A stretch of 64,000 nucleotides of DNA from Longimicrobiales bacterium (GTDB lineage: Bacteria; Gemmatimonadota; Gemmatimonadetes; Longimicrobiales; Gaopeijiaceae), in assembly GCA_963664435.2 (NCBI GenBank), contig CAXXKM010000003.1, forward strand, positions 224,001 to 288,000, in the 5' to 3' direction. The notes under the pieces were generated by a model. That model had not been told where the DNA came from, did no database searches, and saw only the letters and a program-made list of their open reading frames with translations. Below are positions 19,790 to 29,697 of the stretch, piece after piece (the stretch's first letter is position 1; every line of letters begins with the position of its first letter). The translations under genes and the position numbers were made by a program.

Positions 19790-21007
19790 TCAGGGTCCCA
19801 GGCGAAGCAGGCACTGACGGTCGGGATGAAAGAACTCGGCCGCGGTTTCGGCGACTTCCGCTTCCGTCACGCGGTCGATGCGCGACAGGAGTTCGTCCAG
19901 CGTGGTGAAGGGCTCCTGGTGCAGGGCGAACCCCGCCAGCCGGTACAGGCGCGCGCCCGGGCTCTCCAGGGAGAGCATGATCTGCCCCTTGACCTGACTC
20001 TTGATCTGGTCGAGATCGTCGCGCGAAAGGCCGTCACGGGCGACGGTGGCCAGCTCTTCCCTGATGGCGCCGGTGACCTCGCAGGCCGCGTCGTGACGGG
20101 TGCCCGCATAAATCCCGGATATCCCCGCGCGCGAGTAGAAGGACTGGAAGGTGTACACCGAGTAGGCCAGCCCCAGCTCCTCGCGAATGCGCCGAAACAG
20201 CCGGGAGCTCATGCCGCCGCCCATCGCCGCCGCGAGCAGCACCAGCGGGTATCGCCTTGCGTCGGCTCTGGGAGGGGTTACGGTGCCGGCCACGATGTGG
20301 GTCTGGGCCGTCTCCCGCCGGACATGCACCTCCCTTCCCTCCATCGATCGCGGCTTGGCGACCGGGGCCGCGGGAGCACCGTGGGCCGCGCTGCCGAAGT
20401 AGTGCGCCGCCAGCTCAACGACCTCGTCATGCGCCACGTTGCCGGTGGCGGCAACGACCATGCCCGCGGTGCCGTAGCGCCCCCGGTGCAGATCCCGCAG
20501 GGTATCTCCCTCGATCGCCGACACGGTTTCACGGGTGCCGAGAATGGACGCCCCGTACGGATGCCCGTCCCACAGGTGCCGGCCGTGCAACTCGAAGGCG
20601 AAGTCCTCGGGGGCATCTTCGATCGTGGATATCTCTTCGAGCACAACGTGCCGCTCGAGCTCCAGGTCCTCGTCAAGGAGCCTGGGGAAGAGCACCAGGT
20701 CCGCGAGCACATCGAGCGCCTGGGGCAGATGTTCATCCAGCACGCGGGCCTGGAAGCTCGTGTGTTCCCGGCTCGTGAAGGCGTCGAGGGAACCGCCCAG
20801 ACTCTCCAGCGCGAGCGCGATCTGCTCGCGTGAACGGTGTTGCGTTCCCCGGAAGACCATGTGCTCCAGAAGATGGCTTGCCCCCAGAACCTCCTCTCGG
20901 TCGTGCGCGGCGCCCTGTGGAACCCAGACGCCGACGGCCGCGGAGCGAACCCCCGGAATCGACTCGCTCAGGACCTGGATGCCGGACGCGAGCGTGGTGA
21001 CCGCCAT
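19790..21007 (-). CDS. M16 family zinc metallopeptidase
   Basis: HxxEH (HLLEHMVF), AFTSRE, GGGMSSRLF; follows pnp; start could extend to GTG 21100. Confidence 0.9.
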   Translation of the reverse strand: MAVTTLASGIQVLSESIPGVRSAAVGVWVPQGAAHDREEVLGASHLLEHMVFRGTQHRSREQIALALESLGGSLDAFTSREHTSFQARVLDEHLPQALDVLADLVLFPRLLDEDLELERHVVLEEISTIEDAPEDFAFELHGRHLWDGHPYGASILGTRETVSAIEGDTLRDLHRGRYGTAGMVVAATGNVAHDEVVELAAHYFGSAAHGAPAAPVAKPRSMEGREVHVRRETAQTHIVAGTVTPPRADARRYPLVLLAAAMGGGMSSRLFRRIREELGLAYSVYTFQSFYSRAGISGIYAGTRHDAACEVTGAIREELATVARDGLSRDDLDQIKSQVKGQIMLSLESPGARLYRLAGFALHQEPFTTLDELLSRIDRVTEAEVAETAAEFFHPDRQCLLRLGP

Positions 21008-21096
21008 GCGGTCCCGGTTCAGGGTCGTGGGCGGGGCTGCCGGAGCCGAAGCGACCGGTCCGGCGGACCGCAGGGATCGGCGGTGGCGGGCAGGTG

Positions 21097-23223
21097 TCAC
21101 CGGCGCGCCCGAGACGACGTTCCGCCCCGGGTGTTGTCGTCAAGCGCCGCGCGTCTGGAGAGACGCAGCCGGCCCTTCTCGTCGATGGCGAGCAGCTTGA
21201 CCCGCGTCATCTCCCCGACCTTGAGAACGTCTTCGGTCTTGCCCACACGGCCCTCGGCCAGTTCGGAGATATGGCAAAGCCCCTCGGTGCCCGGGAAGAT
21301 CTCGATGAAGGCCCCGAAGGTGGTGGTGTTCTTGACCGGACCCTCGTAGATGCGTCCGACCTCGGGCTCCTGCGCGATGGCCTCGATCATCTCGCGGGCG
21401 CGTACGCCGGCTTCGCCCGAGACGGCGGCGATCTTCACCACCCCGGAGTCTTCGATGTCGATCTTGGCTCCGGTTTCATCTTGTATCGCCCTGATAGTCT
21501 TTCCTTTAGGACCGATGATCTCACCAATCTTCTCAGGGTTGATCGAGACGGAGATGATGCGGGGAGCGTACTGGGACAGGTCGGTGCGCGCCGAGGGAAG
21601 CGCCTGATCCATGGCGTCGAGGATGCGGTGCCGCGCCGTGCGCGCCCTTCCCAGCGCCTGCTGCATGATGTCCAGATCAAGTCCCTCGATCTTGATGTCC
21701 ATCTGGATTGCGGTGACGCCCTTGCGCGTCCCGGCCACCTTGAAGTCCATGTCGCCCAGTGCGTCCTCGAGCCCCAGGATGTCGGTGAGGACCGCAAAGC
21801 GTTCTCCCTCCTTCACCAGCCCCATCGCGACCCCGGCACACGAGGCGCGAAGCGGAACCCCTGCATCCATCAGCGACAGCGAAGCCGCGCAGACGGAGGC
21901 CATGGACGAAGAACCGTTCGACTCCAGGACATCGGAGACCACGCGGATGGTATACGGAAAATCGTCGTAGTCGGGAAGAAGGGGTTGAACGGCGCGTTCG
22001 GCCAGGTTTCCATGCCCCACTTCACGCCGCGAGGTCCCGCGGATGGGCCTCGCTTCGCCCACCGAGAAGGGCGGGAAGTTGTAGTGGAGCATGAACGACT
22101 TCGTGGTCTCTTCGAGCGTATCGATCGAATCGATGCGCTGTTCGTCCCGCGAGGTGCCGAGGGTAACCACGCCCAGCGCCTGGGTCTGCCCGCGCGTAAA
22201 GAGGGCCGATCCGTGCGGTCGGGGCAGAACCCCCACCTCACACCCGAGTTCGCGGAGCTCGTCCACTCCTCGCCCGTCGGCGCGTTTGCCCTCACCGAGG
22301 ATGCGCGCACGCACGTGGTGCTTCTCCAGCTTGCGCAGGACTCCGGTCACGGCGGCGCGGGCCTCGTCGCTCTCGGTCCCGTCGCTCTGCAGTTGGCCGG
22401 CCACCTCGTCTCCGAGCTCGGCCAGCGCCGTCGCACGCGCCTGTTTTTCCTCCGTCTCGAGCGCAGCCGCAACCCTCTTCCGGGCGAGCGCTTCGACCTG
22501 GTCGACCAGTTCACGGGCCGGCTCCACGCTGGTCCAAGTCATTTCCTCCTCGCAGGCGTCCGCGAACAGATCACGCTGCATGGCCACCAACTCGCGGATC
22601 GCTCCGTGGGCCGCGGCGAGCCCCTCGAGGAGATCCTCTTCGGGCACCTCCACCGCAGCGCCCTCGACCATGGTGATCGCCTCCGCGGATCCCGCCACCA
22701 CCAGGTCGACATCGGAGTAGTCGAGCTGCTGGAAGGTGGGATTCACGATCCAGGCGCCCTGAATTCGGCCCATGCGCACCGACGCCACCGGGATGTGGAA
22801 CGGGATCTTCGACATGTTGAGCGCGACCGAGGCGCCCATCAGGCCGAGGACGTCCGCGTCGTTCTCCTGGTCCGCGCTCAGGATGTAGCAGATGATCTGG
22901 GTCTCGTTCATGTACCCTTTCGGGAACAGCGGGCGGATGGGGCGATCAATGGAGCGCGCAGCCAGGATCTCCTTCTCGCCCGGGCGGCCTTCCCGCTTGA
23001 AGAAGCCCCCGGGGATCTTGCCGCCGGCGTAGGTCTTCTCACGATACTCGACCGTAAGGGGAAAGAAGGGAAGATGGGTGGGCCTGGTCTGCGCCGTCGC
23101 GGTGCACAGAACCATGGTGTCGCCAAAACGAACGAGGCAGGACCCGTGGGCCTGCCTCGCCATGCGCCCGGTCTCCAGGACCAGGGTGCGTCCTGCAAAC
23201 TGTCGCTCGATTCTTTTCAGCAT
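21097..23223 (-). CDS. pnp: Polyribonucleotide nucleotidyltransferase (PNPase)
   Basis: [37 protein letters not shown] and S1 domains. Confidence 0.98.
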   Translation of the reverse strand: MLKRIERQFAGRTLVLETGRMARQAHGSCLVRFGDTMVLCTATAQTRPTHLPFFPLTVEYREKTYAGGKIPGGFFKREGRPGEKEILAARSIDRPIRPLFPKGYMNETQIICYILSADQENDADVLGLMGASVALNMSKIPFHIPVASVRMGRIQGAWIVNPTFQQLDYSDVDLVVAGSAEAITMVEGAAVEVPEEDLLEGLAAAHGAIRELVAMQRDLFADACEEEMTWTSVEPARELVDQVEALARKRVAAALETEEKQARATALAELGDEVAGQLQSDGTESDEARAAVTGVLRKLEKHHVRARILGEGKRADGRGVDELRELGCEVGVLPRPHGSALFTRGQTQALGVVTLGTSRDEQRIDSIDTLEETTKSFMLHYNFPPFSVGEARPIRGTSRREVGHGNLAERAVQPLLPDYDDFPYTIRVVSDVLESNGSSSMASVCAASLSLMDAGVPLRASCAGVAMGLVKEGERFAVLTDILGLEDALGDMDFKVAGTRKGVTAIQMDIKIEGLDLDIMQQALGRARTARHRILDAMDQALPSARTDLSQYAPRIISVSINPEKIGEIIGPKGKTIRAIQDETGAKIDIEDSGVVKIAAVSGEAGVRAREMIEAIAQEPEVGRIYEGPVKNTTTFGAFIEIFPGTEGLCHISELAEGRVGKTEDVLKVGEMTRVKLLAIDEKGRLRLSRRAALDDNTRGGTSSRARR

Positions 23224-23231
23224 GCTCTGAC

Positions 23232-23492
23232 CTAGTGGCGGAGACCGAGGTCCGCGATGAGTTCGCGGTACTTCTCGTGGTCGGTCCGCTTCATGTACTC
23301 GAGGAGCCGCCTTCGCCTGCCCACCATCTTGAGCAGGCCCTGGCGGCTGTGATGGTCCTTCTTGTGTTCGCGGAAGTGACCCTGGAGATGATTGATTCGG
23401 TGGGTCAGGATCGCGATCTGAACGGGGGCGCTGCCCCGGTCACCATCATGAACCTGGTACTTTCGGATGACTTCTTCCTTTACGAATCCCAT
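23232..23492 (-). CDS. rpsO: 30S ribosomal protein S15
   Basis: [38 protein letters not shown]. Confidence 0.97.
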   Translation of the reverse strand: MGFVKEEVIRKYQVHDGDRGSAPVQIAILTHRINHLQGHFREHKKDHHSRQGLLKMVGRRRRLLEYMKRTDHEKYRELIADLGLRH

Positions 23493-23571
23493 CGCGGGAA
23501 CGCCTCCTCAAGAGTCTGAACGCTACAAGGGAAGCCCGGGCGCGAACCCACTGACTTGTAAACGGCGACCA

Positions 23572-23600
23572 AAGCTAGCGATAAGGGGTGGGGGCTACAA
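23572..23600 (-). promoter_or_regulatory. Putative sigma70 promoter for rpsO-pnp (TTGTAG-N17-TAGCTT)
   Basis: Hexamers with a 17-nt spacer about 80 nt upstream of rpsO. Confidence 0.55.
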
Positions 23601-23629
23601 GGCGCGCGCCCCGGACCGGGCCGGCCGGC

Positions 23630-23974
23630 TCAGCCTTCACCGAAAACCGCGTCGGTCCTGGCGGCCATGACGAAGTCGTTCACATGGAGGTTGCGGATCT
23701 TGTGGGTCCACCAGGAAACAGTGACGCGTCCCCATTCCGTCAGGAGGGCCGGGTGGTGTCCCTGCTCCTCGGCGAGCGCGCCCACACGGTTGGTGAACGA
23801 GAGGGCCTGGACGAAGTCCGGGAAGGAGAAGACGCGCTCAAGACGGGGAATGCCCTCGCGTTCGACGATCTCCCAGTCGGGAATCTGTGGACGCCACGCC
23901 GCGATTTCGGTGTCGCTGGCGGGGGGCGCTCCCGCCCTGCAGGGTTCGCAGGTCTGCCGGGTCAGTTCGGTCAT
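23630..23974 (-). CDS. Pterin-4a-carbinolamine dehydratase (PhhB-like)
   Basis: CEPC N-terminus, EEQGHHP, WWTHKI..LH.NDF.MAA. Confidence 0.9.
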   Translation of the reverse strand: MTELTRQTCEPCRAGAPPASDTEIAAWRPQIPDWEIVEREGIPRLERVFSFPDFVQALSFTNRVGALAEEQGHHPALLTEWGRVTVSWWTHKIRNLHVNDFVMAARTDAVFGEG

Positions 23975-24978
23975 GGTGCCATCCGGAATCTGGTCTGGGG
24001 AGAAGAATCGCGGTTTCGGTATTCTGCCAGGATGCGGCGCGCACGCCGAACATCCTCGTTCATGTGGCCGATCAGCTCCGCCACGCTGGCAAAGGGCCGC
24101 ACTTCACGGAGCCGTTCGATGAGGTCCAGCTGGAGTTCGGCTCCGTAGAGATCGGCATTGTAGTCGAGAAGATGGACTTCTATCGTGGCTGGCGCACCGG
24201 GAAAGGTAGGGCGCGGTCCGATGTGCAGGGCTCCGTCCCGCGTCCCTGAAGGCAGCCTCGCGCGCACTGCATAGATTCCCTCGCCGGGAATCAGCTTCCG
24301 GGAATCCCGGATCTCGAGATTCGCGGTGGGGAAACCCAGGCGCCGCCCGCGGCCGTCACCCCGCACCACCACTCCGCGCAGCGAGTACGGACGTCCCAGC
24401 CCCGTGTGCGCCGCGCGCACGTCGCCCGCCAGCAGGGCCCTGCGAATCCGGCTCGAGGACACGGGGCCGCCTCCGGCCACGACGGGCGGTACGACCTGGA
24501 CGCCGAACCCCAGCTCCGCTCCCATCGCATCCAGAGTGTCCGCGTCTCCCGACCGCCCCCGGCCGAAGCCGTGGTCGTAGCCGATCACGAGCTCCTTCAC
24601 CGCCATGCGCGCGACCAGGACCTCCTCGACGAAGCGCCTGGGCGTATATCGGGCGAGCGCTCGCGTGAACGGCAGGAACACGGCGTAGTCGAGGCCGGTT
24701 TGCGCAAGAATCTCCTTCTTCTCGCTCGACGTGGTCAGGAGCCGTGGCGCGTCCTGCGGCCTCAGGACCTGAAGCGGATGCGGACGGAAGGTCACCAGGA
24801 CGCTGGGTCTGCCCGTGCGGCGGCCTCGCCGGCTCATCTCCCGCAGCACTTCCCGGTGGCCCGGGTGGACGCCGTCGAACGTCCCCACCGTGACGATGCT
24901 CCCCCGCTCACAGCGCGGAACGAGCGCGGGAAGGGCCGATCCCGCGGAGCGACCTTCCGGGCGGCCGGTCGCCGTCAC
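23971..24978 (-). CDS. ribF: Bifunctional riboflavin kinase/FAD synthetase
   Basis: [47 protein letters not shown]. Confidence 0.95.
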   Translation of the reverse strand: MTATGRPEGRSAGSALPALVPRCERGSIVTVGTFDGVHPGHREVLREMSRRGRRTGRPSVLVTFRPHPLQVLRPQDAPRLLTTSSEKKEILAQTGLDYAVFLPFTRALARYTPRRFVEEVLVARMAVKELVIGYDHGFGRGRSGDADTLDAMGAELGFGVQVVPPVVAGGGPVSSSRIRRALLAGDVRAAHTGLGRPYSLRGVVVRGDGRGRRLGFPTANLEIRDSRKLIPGEGIYAVRARLPSGTRDGALHIGPRPTFPGAPATIEVHLLDYNADLYGAELQLDLIERLREVRPFASVAELIGHMNEDVRRARRILAEYRNRDSSPQTRFRMAP

Positions 24979-25853
24979 CGGAAAACCTTGCGCGGTCTCA
25001 GCACCCCGCCCCGACCGACCCCGATGGCGACCAGGGCGCCCCGTTCCAGCGCCACTACCGGATCGGCATCGGGCACCGGCTCGAGGGTCGGCTCGACGGC
25101 CTGACCGCACGCCAGTCGGGCGGCATCCTCCTCGCCCACGCGCACGGCTGGCAGGTGCGCCAGCGCTCTCGCGGCGGACAGGTGCGCGGACCGGGGCACC
25201 TCTTCGCCCAACTCGCCTGCAGGCACCGCGTCGTGGACGCTCATCGCGCCCACCCGGGTCCGCCTGAGCGCAGTGAGGTGAGCTCCGCTCCCCAACGCGA
25301 TCCCGAGATCGCGCGCGAGCGCCCGAACGTAGGTCCCTGACGAACAGCGAACCTCAAAAGTCACGAGCGGAAGGGCGCAGTCGATTTCTCCGACCTCGTA
25401 CACCTCGACCGGAACCGGCTCGAGCTCCACCATCTCGCCCTGGCGAGAGCGGCGGTGGGCGGCGGTGCCCCGCACCTTCTTGGCGGAATAGCGCGGAGGA
25501 ACCTGGAGGACCGGTCCCTGGAGCGCCTCGATGGCGTCCCGGACGGTGCCATCGTCCAGTTCACGCCAACGGGGGCTGTCGTCCACGACGTCCCCGTCCA
25601 GATCGTGTGTGCTGGTCGACACGCCAAGCCGGGCGGTCGCCAGGTAGCTCTTGTCCAACGCCGACAGGTACTGGGAAATGCGGGTTGACGGGCCGAGGCA
25701 GAGCAGGAGCAATCCGGAGGCGAACGGGTCCAGGGTCCCGGCATGGCCGACACGCCGGAGGCCCAGGCGCGCGCGCGCTCCCCGGACAATGTCGTGGGAA
25801 GTGGGGCCGACGGGTTTGTCCACCAGCAGCACGCCGTCGCGAGGGCGGCTCAC
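24975..25853 (-). CDS. truB: tRNA pseudouridine(55) synthase TruB
   Basis: VDKPVGPTSHD, GHAGTLDPFASG, CSSGTYVRAL; GTG start overlaps the rbfA stop. Confidence 0.95.
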   Translation of the reverse strand: MSRPRDGVLLVDKPVGPTSHDIVRGARARLGLRRVGHAGTLDPFASGLLLLCLGPSTRISQYLSALDKSYLATARLGVSTSTHDLDGDVVDDSPRWRELDDGTVRDAIEALQGPVLQVPPRYSAKKVRGTAAHRRSRQGEMVELEPVPVEVYEVGEIDCALPLVTFEVRCSSGTYVRALARDLGIALGSGAHLTALRRTRVGAMSVHDAVPAGELGEEVPRSAHLSAARALAHLPAVRVGEEDAARLACGQAVEPTLEPVPDADPVVALERGALVAIGVGRGGVLRPRKVFR

Positions 25854-26221
25854 GTCTCCTCCCCTGTCCCGGCGTCGCCGTCGCGGGGAAGCACTTCCTT
25901 GAGGATCTGTTCGATACGCGCCGCGTGCTCCAGCGACGTGTCTTCGACGAAACGCAGTTCGGGTACGCGCCGGATGTGCAGCTCCGCGCCCAGCGATCCC
26001 CTGATGAACGCCGCCGAAGCCGCGAGCCCCTTCATGGCCTGATCTCGTTCCCGGTCGCTGCCGGCCAGCCTTACGAAGACTCGCGCGAACGAGAGATCGG
26101 AGGTCACCCGGACTTCGGTAACCACCGGCGTGCCCACGCGTGGATCGCGCACCTGGCTGCGGAGGATGCGCGTGATCTCCCGCTGCAACTGGCTGTTCAC
26201 CCGCGCAAGCCGTCGAGCCAT
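25850..26221 (-). CDS. rbfA: Ribosome-binding factor A
   Basis: RDPR, VTSDLSFARVF, RRVPELRF. Confidence 0.95.
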   Translation of the reverse strand: MARRLARVNSQLQREITRILRSQVRDPRVGTPVVTEVRVTSDLSFARVFVRLAGSDRERDQAMKGLAASAAFIRGSLGAELHIRRVPELRFVEDTSLEHAARIEQILKEVLPRDGDAGTGEET

Positions 26222-26289
26222 GTGCGTTCAGAAGCCCGGGCCGAGAAACCAGACGCCTACGCCGACCTCCATGCGAACCCGGGCGAGCT

Positions 26290-26571
26290 TCAGGCCAGGG
26301 GGTCGCGGACCGCCAGTACGACGACGCGCCCATCGGCTTCCACGAAGCCGGCGAGGTGGCCGCGAATCGATTCGGCGTGACGCCCTTCCGTGGACACGAA
26401 GGCCGCCGTCAGACCCGCTCGCGCGTGCAGTTCCCGCATATGGGTCTCCGAGACCGCGACGTTGAAGCGGTGGCGCATGCGGTCCTTCAGGGAACGGACG
26501 ACGCGGCGCTTGTCCTTGAGGGACACGCAGCCCGGAAGCAGCAGGTCCCAGGAGATCGCCCCGATCACCAC
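26290..26571 (-). CDS. DUF503 family protein (YlxP-like)
   Basis: SLKDKRRVVRSLKDR..RFNVAVSE; typical position between infB and rbfA. Confidence 0.85.
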   Translation of the reverse strand: MVIGAISWDLLLPGCVSLKDKRRVVRSLKDRMRHRFNVAVSETHMRELHARAGLTAAFVSTEGRHAESIRGHLAGFVEADGRVVVLAVRDPLA

Positions 26572-26601
26572 GGCCGGCGAGCCGCCGGACCGCCCGCAGC
26601 T

Positions 26602-29600
26602 TCATCGCGCGTGGGCGCTTCCGGCCAGGGTGCGTGCGACCTCTTCGACCACGAAGCACTCAATGACATCACCCACTTTGACATCGTTGAAGTTGGCGAT
26701 TCCGATCCCGCACTCAAGCCCGTTGCGGACCAGCTTCACGTCGTCCTTGAACCGCTTGAGCGAACCGATTTCCCCCGTGTACGCGACGATGCCGTCCCGG
26801 ATCAGACGCACCGTCGACTGGCGTTCCACGACCCCTTCGCTCACATAGCAGCCGGCGATGGTGCCCACCTTCGTAACCCTGAAGATTTCCCGCACCTCCG
26901 CGCTTCCCACGACCGTTTCACGGCGCTCGGGGGCGAGCATGCCCTCCAGAGCGGCGCGCACGTCGTTCTCGGCGTCGTAGATGACGTCGTAGATCTGGAT
27001 GTCTACGCCTTCACGCTCGGCCAGCTGCCGGGCATTGACGTTGGGACGCACTCTGAAGCCGATGATCACGCCGCCGGCGGTACGCGCCAGCAGAACGTCC
27101 TCCTCGTTGATGGCCCCGACGGCCCGGTGGACGATCTCCACCTGCACTTCCGCGGTGCTGAGTCGCTGGAGCGTGTCCGACACCGCCTGTACGGAGCCGT
27201 CCACGTCGCCCTTGATGATCAGCGGAAGCGTGCTCACTTCGCCCGCGGACAGGATCTGGGAGAAGTCGCCGAGCCTGATCCCGCGATCCTTGATGCGCAG
27301 AAGTTTCTCGCGCTCCAGACGCTGCCGCGTGCCGGCGATCTCAGACGCGCGCACGGCTTCCATGACCTGCAGCGTATCTCCCGCCTGGGGCACGCCCTTG
27401 ACGCCCAGAATCTGTACGGGAATCCCGGGGCCAGCCTCTTCCACCACTCCCCCGCGCTCGTCCAGCAACGCCCGTACGCGGCCGTCGAACTTGCCGCAGA
27501 TGAAGTCGTCGCCCACCCGCAGGGTGCCGCGCTGAACCAGCACGGAAACGACGGGGCCCTTCCCGATATCCAGCCTGGCCTCGATCACGGCTCCCGTCGC
27601 GTCGCGGTTCGGATTGGCCTTCAACTCGAGCAACTCGGCCTGGAGCAGCACCTTTTCCAGCAACTCGTCGATTCCGGTTCCGTCGCGCGCGGAGATCGGC
27701 GCCACCAGTACGTCGCCTCCGAAGTCCTCCACGGTGACGTCGTGGTTGAGGAGCTGCTGCTTGACGCGGTCGGCGTTCGCCGCCGGAAGGTCCATCTTGT
27801 TGATGGCCACCACGATGGGGACGCCGGCGTTTCGAGCGTGCGAGATCGCCTCGATGGTCTGCGGCATGACGGAGTCGTCCGCCGCCACCACCAGGATCAC
27901 GATATCGGTGACGTCGGCGCCTCGCGCGCGCATTGCGGTGAAGGCGGCGTGGCCCGGCGTATCCAGGAAGGTGAGAGAGCGCTCGCCGTCCACTTCCACG
28001 TGATGGGCGCCGATATGCTGTGTGATGCCACCGGACTCGCCCGCGACGACGTTGGTGTTGCGGATCGAGTCGAGCAGCTTCGTCTTGCCGTGGTCCACGT
28101 GACCCATGACCGTGACCACCGGCGGGCGCGGCATCACATCCGCGAGATCGTCCTCGTCCTCGAGGTCGTCTTCTTCGGCGGCGCCGTACTCCTGCTCCCG
28201 CACCGCGGTGAAATTGAACTCCTCGAGCAGCATTTCGATCTGGTCGAAATCCAGCCTCTGGTTGATCGTGACCATGAGGCCCAGGCTCTTGAACGCCGAG
28301 CCGATGAGTTCGGTCGAAGAGATATTGATGAGTTCTCCGAGCTCGGCTACGGTCAGAAACTCGTTGACGCGCACGGTGGTGGCCTTGCGCTCCTCCTCCC
28401 TTCGGGCCTCCTCCTTGCGCGCTTCCTTTTCCTCCACCGTGGGACGGGGGTCACGGCTCTTGCGCCGGCGCCGGCCCCCGCCCTTCAGTTCGGCCATCAC
28501 TCGCTGGATGTTTTGCTGAACCGCGCCCTGGTCGACCCGCTGGCGCTTCCTGCCCTTCTTCCTTTTCTTGCGTCTTCCGTCCGGCCCGTAGCCCTCGGCC
28601 TGGATGCGTACCTGTCCTCCGGGACCGGCGCTGGCCGCGGGAGCCAGGCGGGGCGACTTGCGCACCACACGAACGGGACCCTCGGGGCCCTGGCTGCGTG
28701 CCGACTTCAGCTTCGGCCGGGCCGGAGCCGGGAACGTTTCCGTCGGAGCTACGTCCGCTTCGCCGGCCGCGGCCCCACGGCCGGCGTCGGAGGAAGCCGC
28801 CGCCTCGGGCTGCGCGTCGGTTGGGTCGGGAAGCGCGTCCGGGGAAGCTCCGGCGTCGCCGGCCGAGGCGTCGGCCTGGCTCCCGGACGGTGAGGCGGAG
28901 ACCGTGTCCCGATGGTCGGCCGGGGATGAAGGGGAGGCGGATCCGCCCTCGTCCTGCCGTGCCGCCGGCTCGCCGCCAACGTCGGCAGCCTGCGACGGTT
29001 CGGGGACAACTACGGCCGCGGGATCTTCTCCATCGGTGGCTCCACTCTCGCCGCCGAGGTCGTCAGGGCCATCCGGGAGCGACTCCGCTCCGGCCTCGGA
29101 AACGTCCGGACGCGATGCCGCGGAGTCGTCGGGCAACGCTTCACCGTTGGATGCGTGCCTCACTCCGGGACCGACGCCCTGGGCGAGCTCCTCCGCCCCG
29201 GTGCCCGAGGACGCCACTGCGGCGACCGCTCCGGGCAGGAACTCCGGCGGACCGCTCGACCCGTCCACCTCCCCACCGGGCGCCGGCGCCGCATCTGCTG
29301 CTTCCGTCGTCGCGCCCGCGCTCTCCTGTACCGCAACCGCAGACGCTACGGACGCAACCTCGGCCCCGCCGGACGCCGTGCGCCTGATCCGCCTGCGGCT
29401 GCGCCTCCGCCGGACATGGGTCGCGCGGACATCCTCCAACGCGGCCTGCACCGCTTCACGGGTCCCGAAGCCGCTCTGTCGCCGCTCGCGCTCGATGCGC
29501 GCAAGCAGACGCGAGACGTCGTCGGCGGGCACGAGATCCCTGTCCCCGTGCAGCGCTACGCCCATCTTCCGCAGCAGCATCAACAGCATCCGCGACGAGA

Positions 29601-29634
29601 CCCGCAAGTCTCTCGCTAGCTCGAACACCCGCAT
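26602..29634 (-). CDS. infB: Translation initiation factor IF-2
   Basis: IF2_N (MRVFELARDL), GHVDHGKT, DTPGHAAF, NKMD, LKRFKDDV, ECGI. Confidence 0.97.
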   Translation of the reverse strand: MRVFELARDLRVSSRMLLMLLRKMGVALHGDRDLVPADDVSRLLARIERERRQSGFGTREAVQAALEDVRATHVRRRRSRRRIRRTASGGAEVASVASAVAVQESAGATTEAADAAPAPGGEVDGSSGPPEFLPGAVAAVASSGTGAEELAQGVGPGVRHASNGEALPDDSAASRPDVSEAGAESLPDGPDDLGGESGATDGEDPAAVVVPEPSQAADVGGEPAARQDEGGSASPSSPADHRDTVSASPSGSQADASAGDAGASPDALPDPTDAQPEAAASSDAGRGAAAGEADVAPTETFPAPARPKLKSARSQGPEGPVRVVRKSPRLAPAASAGPGGQVRIQAEGYGPDGRRKKRKKGRKRQRVDQGAVQQNIQRVMAELKGGGRRRRKSRDPRPTVEEKEARKEEARREEERKATTVRVNEFLTVAELGELINISSTELIGSAFKSLGLMVTINQRLDFDQIEMLLEEFNFTAVREQEYGAAEEDDLEDEDDLADVMPRPPVVTVMGHVDHGKTKLLDSIRNTNVVAGESGGITQHIGAHHVEVDGERSLTFLDTPGHAAFTAMRARGADVTDIVILVVAADDSVMPQTIEAISHARNAGVPIVVAINKMDLPAANADRVKQQLLNHDVTVEDFGGDVLVAPISARDGTGIDELLEKVLLQAELLELKANPNRDATGAVIEARLDIGKGPVVSVLVQRGTLRVGDDFICGKFDGRVRALLDERGGVVEEAGPGIPVQILGVKGVPQAGDTLQVMEAVRASEIAGTRQRLEREKLLRIKDRGIRLGDFSQILSAGEVSTLPLIIKGDVDGSVQAVSDTLQRLSTAEVQVEIVHRAVGAINEEDVLLARTAGGVIIGFRVRPNVNARQLAEREGVDIQIYDVIYDAENDVRAALEGMLAPERRETVVGSAEVREIFRVTKVGTIAGCYVSEGVVERQSTVRLIRDGIVAYTGEIGSLKRFKDDVKLVRNGLECGIGIANFNDVKVGDVIECFVVEEVARTLAGSAHAR

Positions 29635-29697
29635 GCTCCTGGACTTCCTCCCTGGTTGGCCTTCCTGGCCCGGCGACCGAAACCCGTCTCTGCCGGG

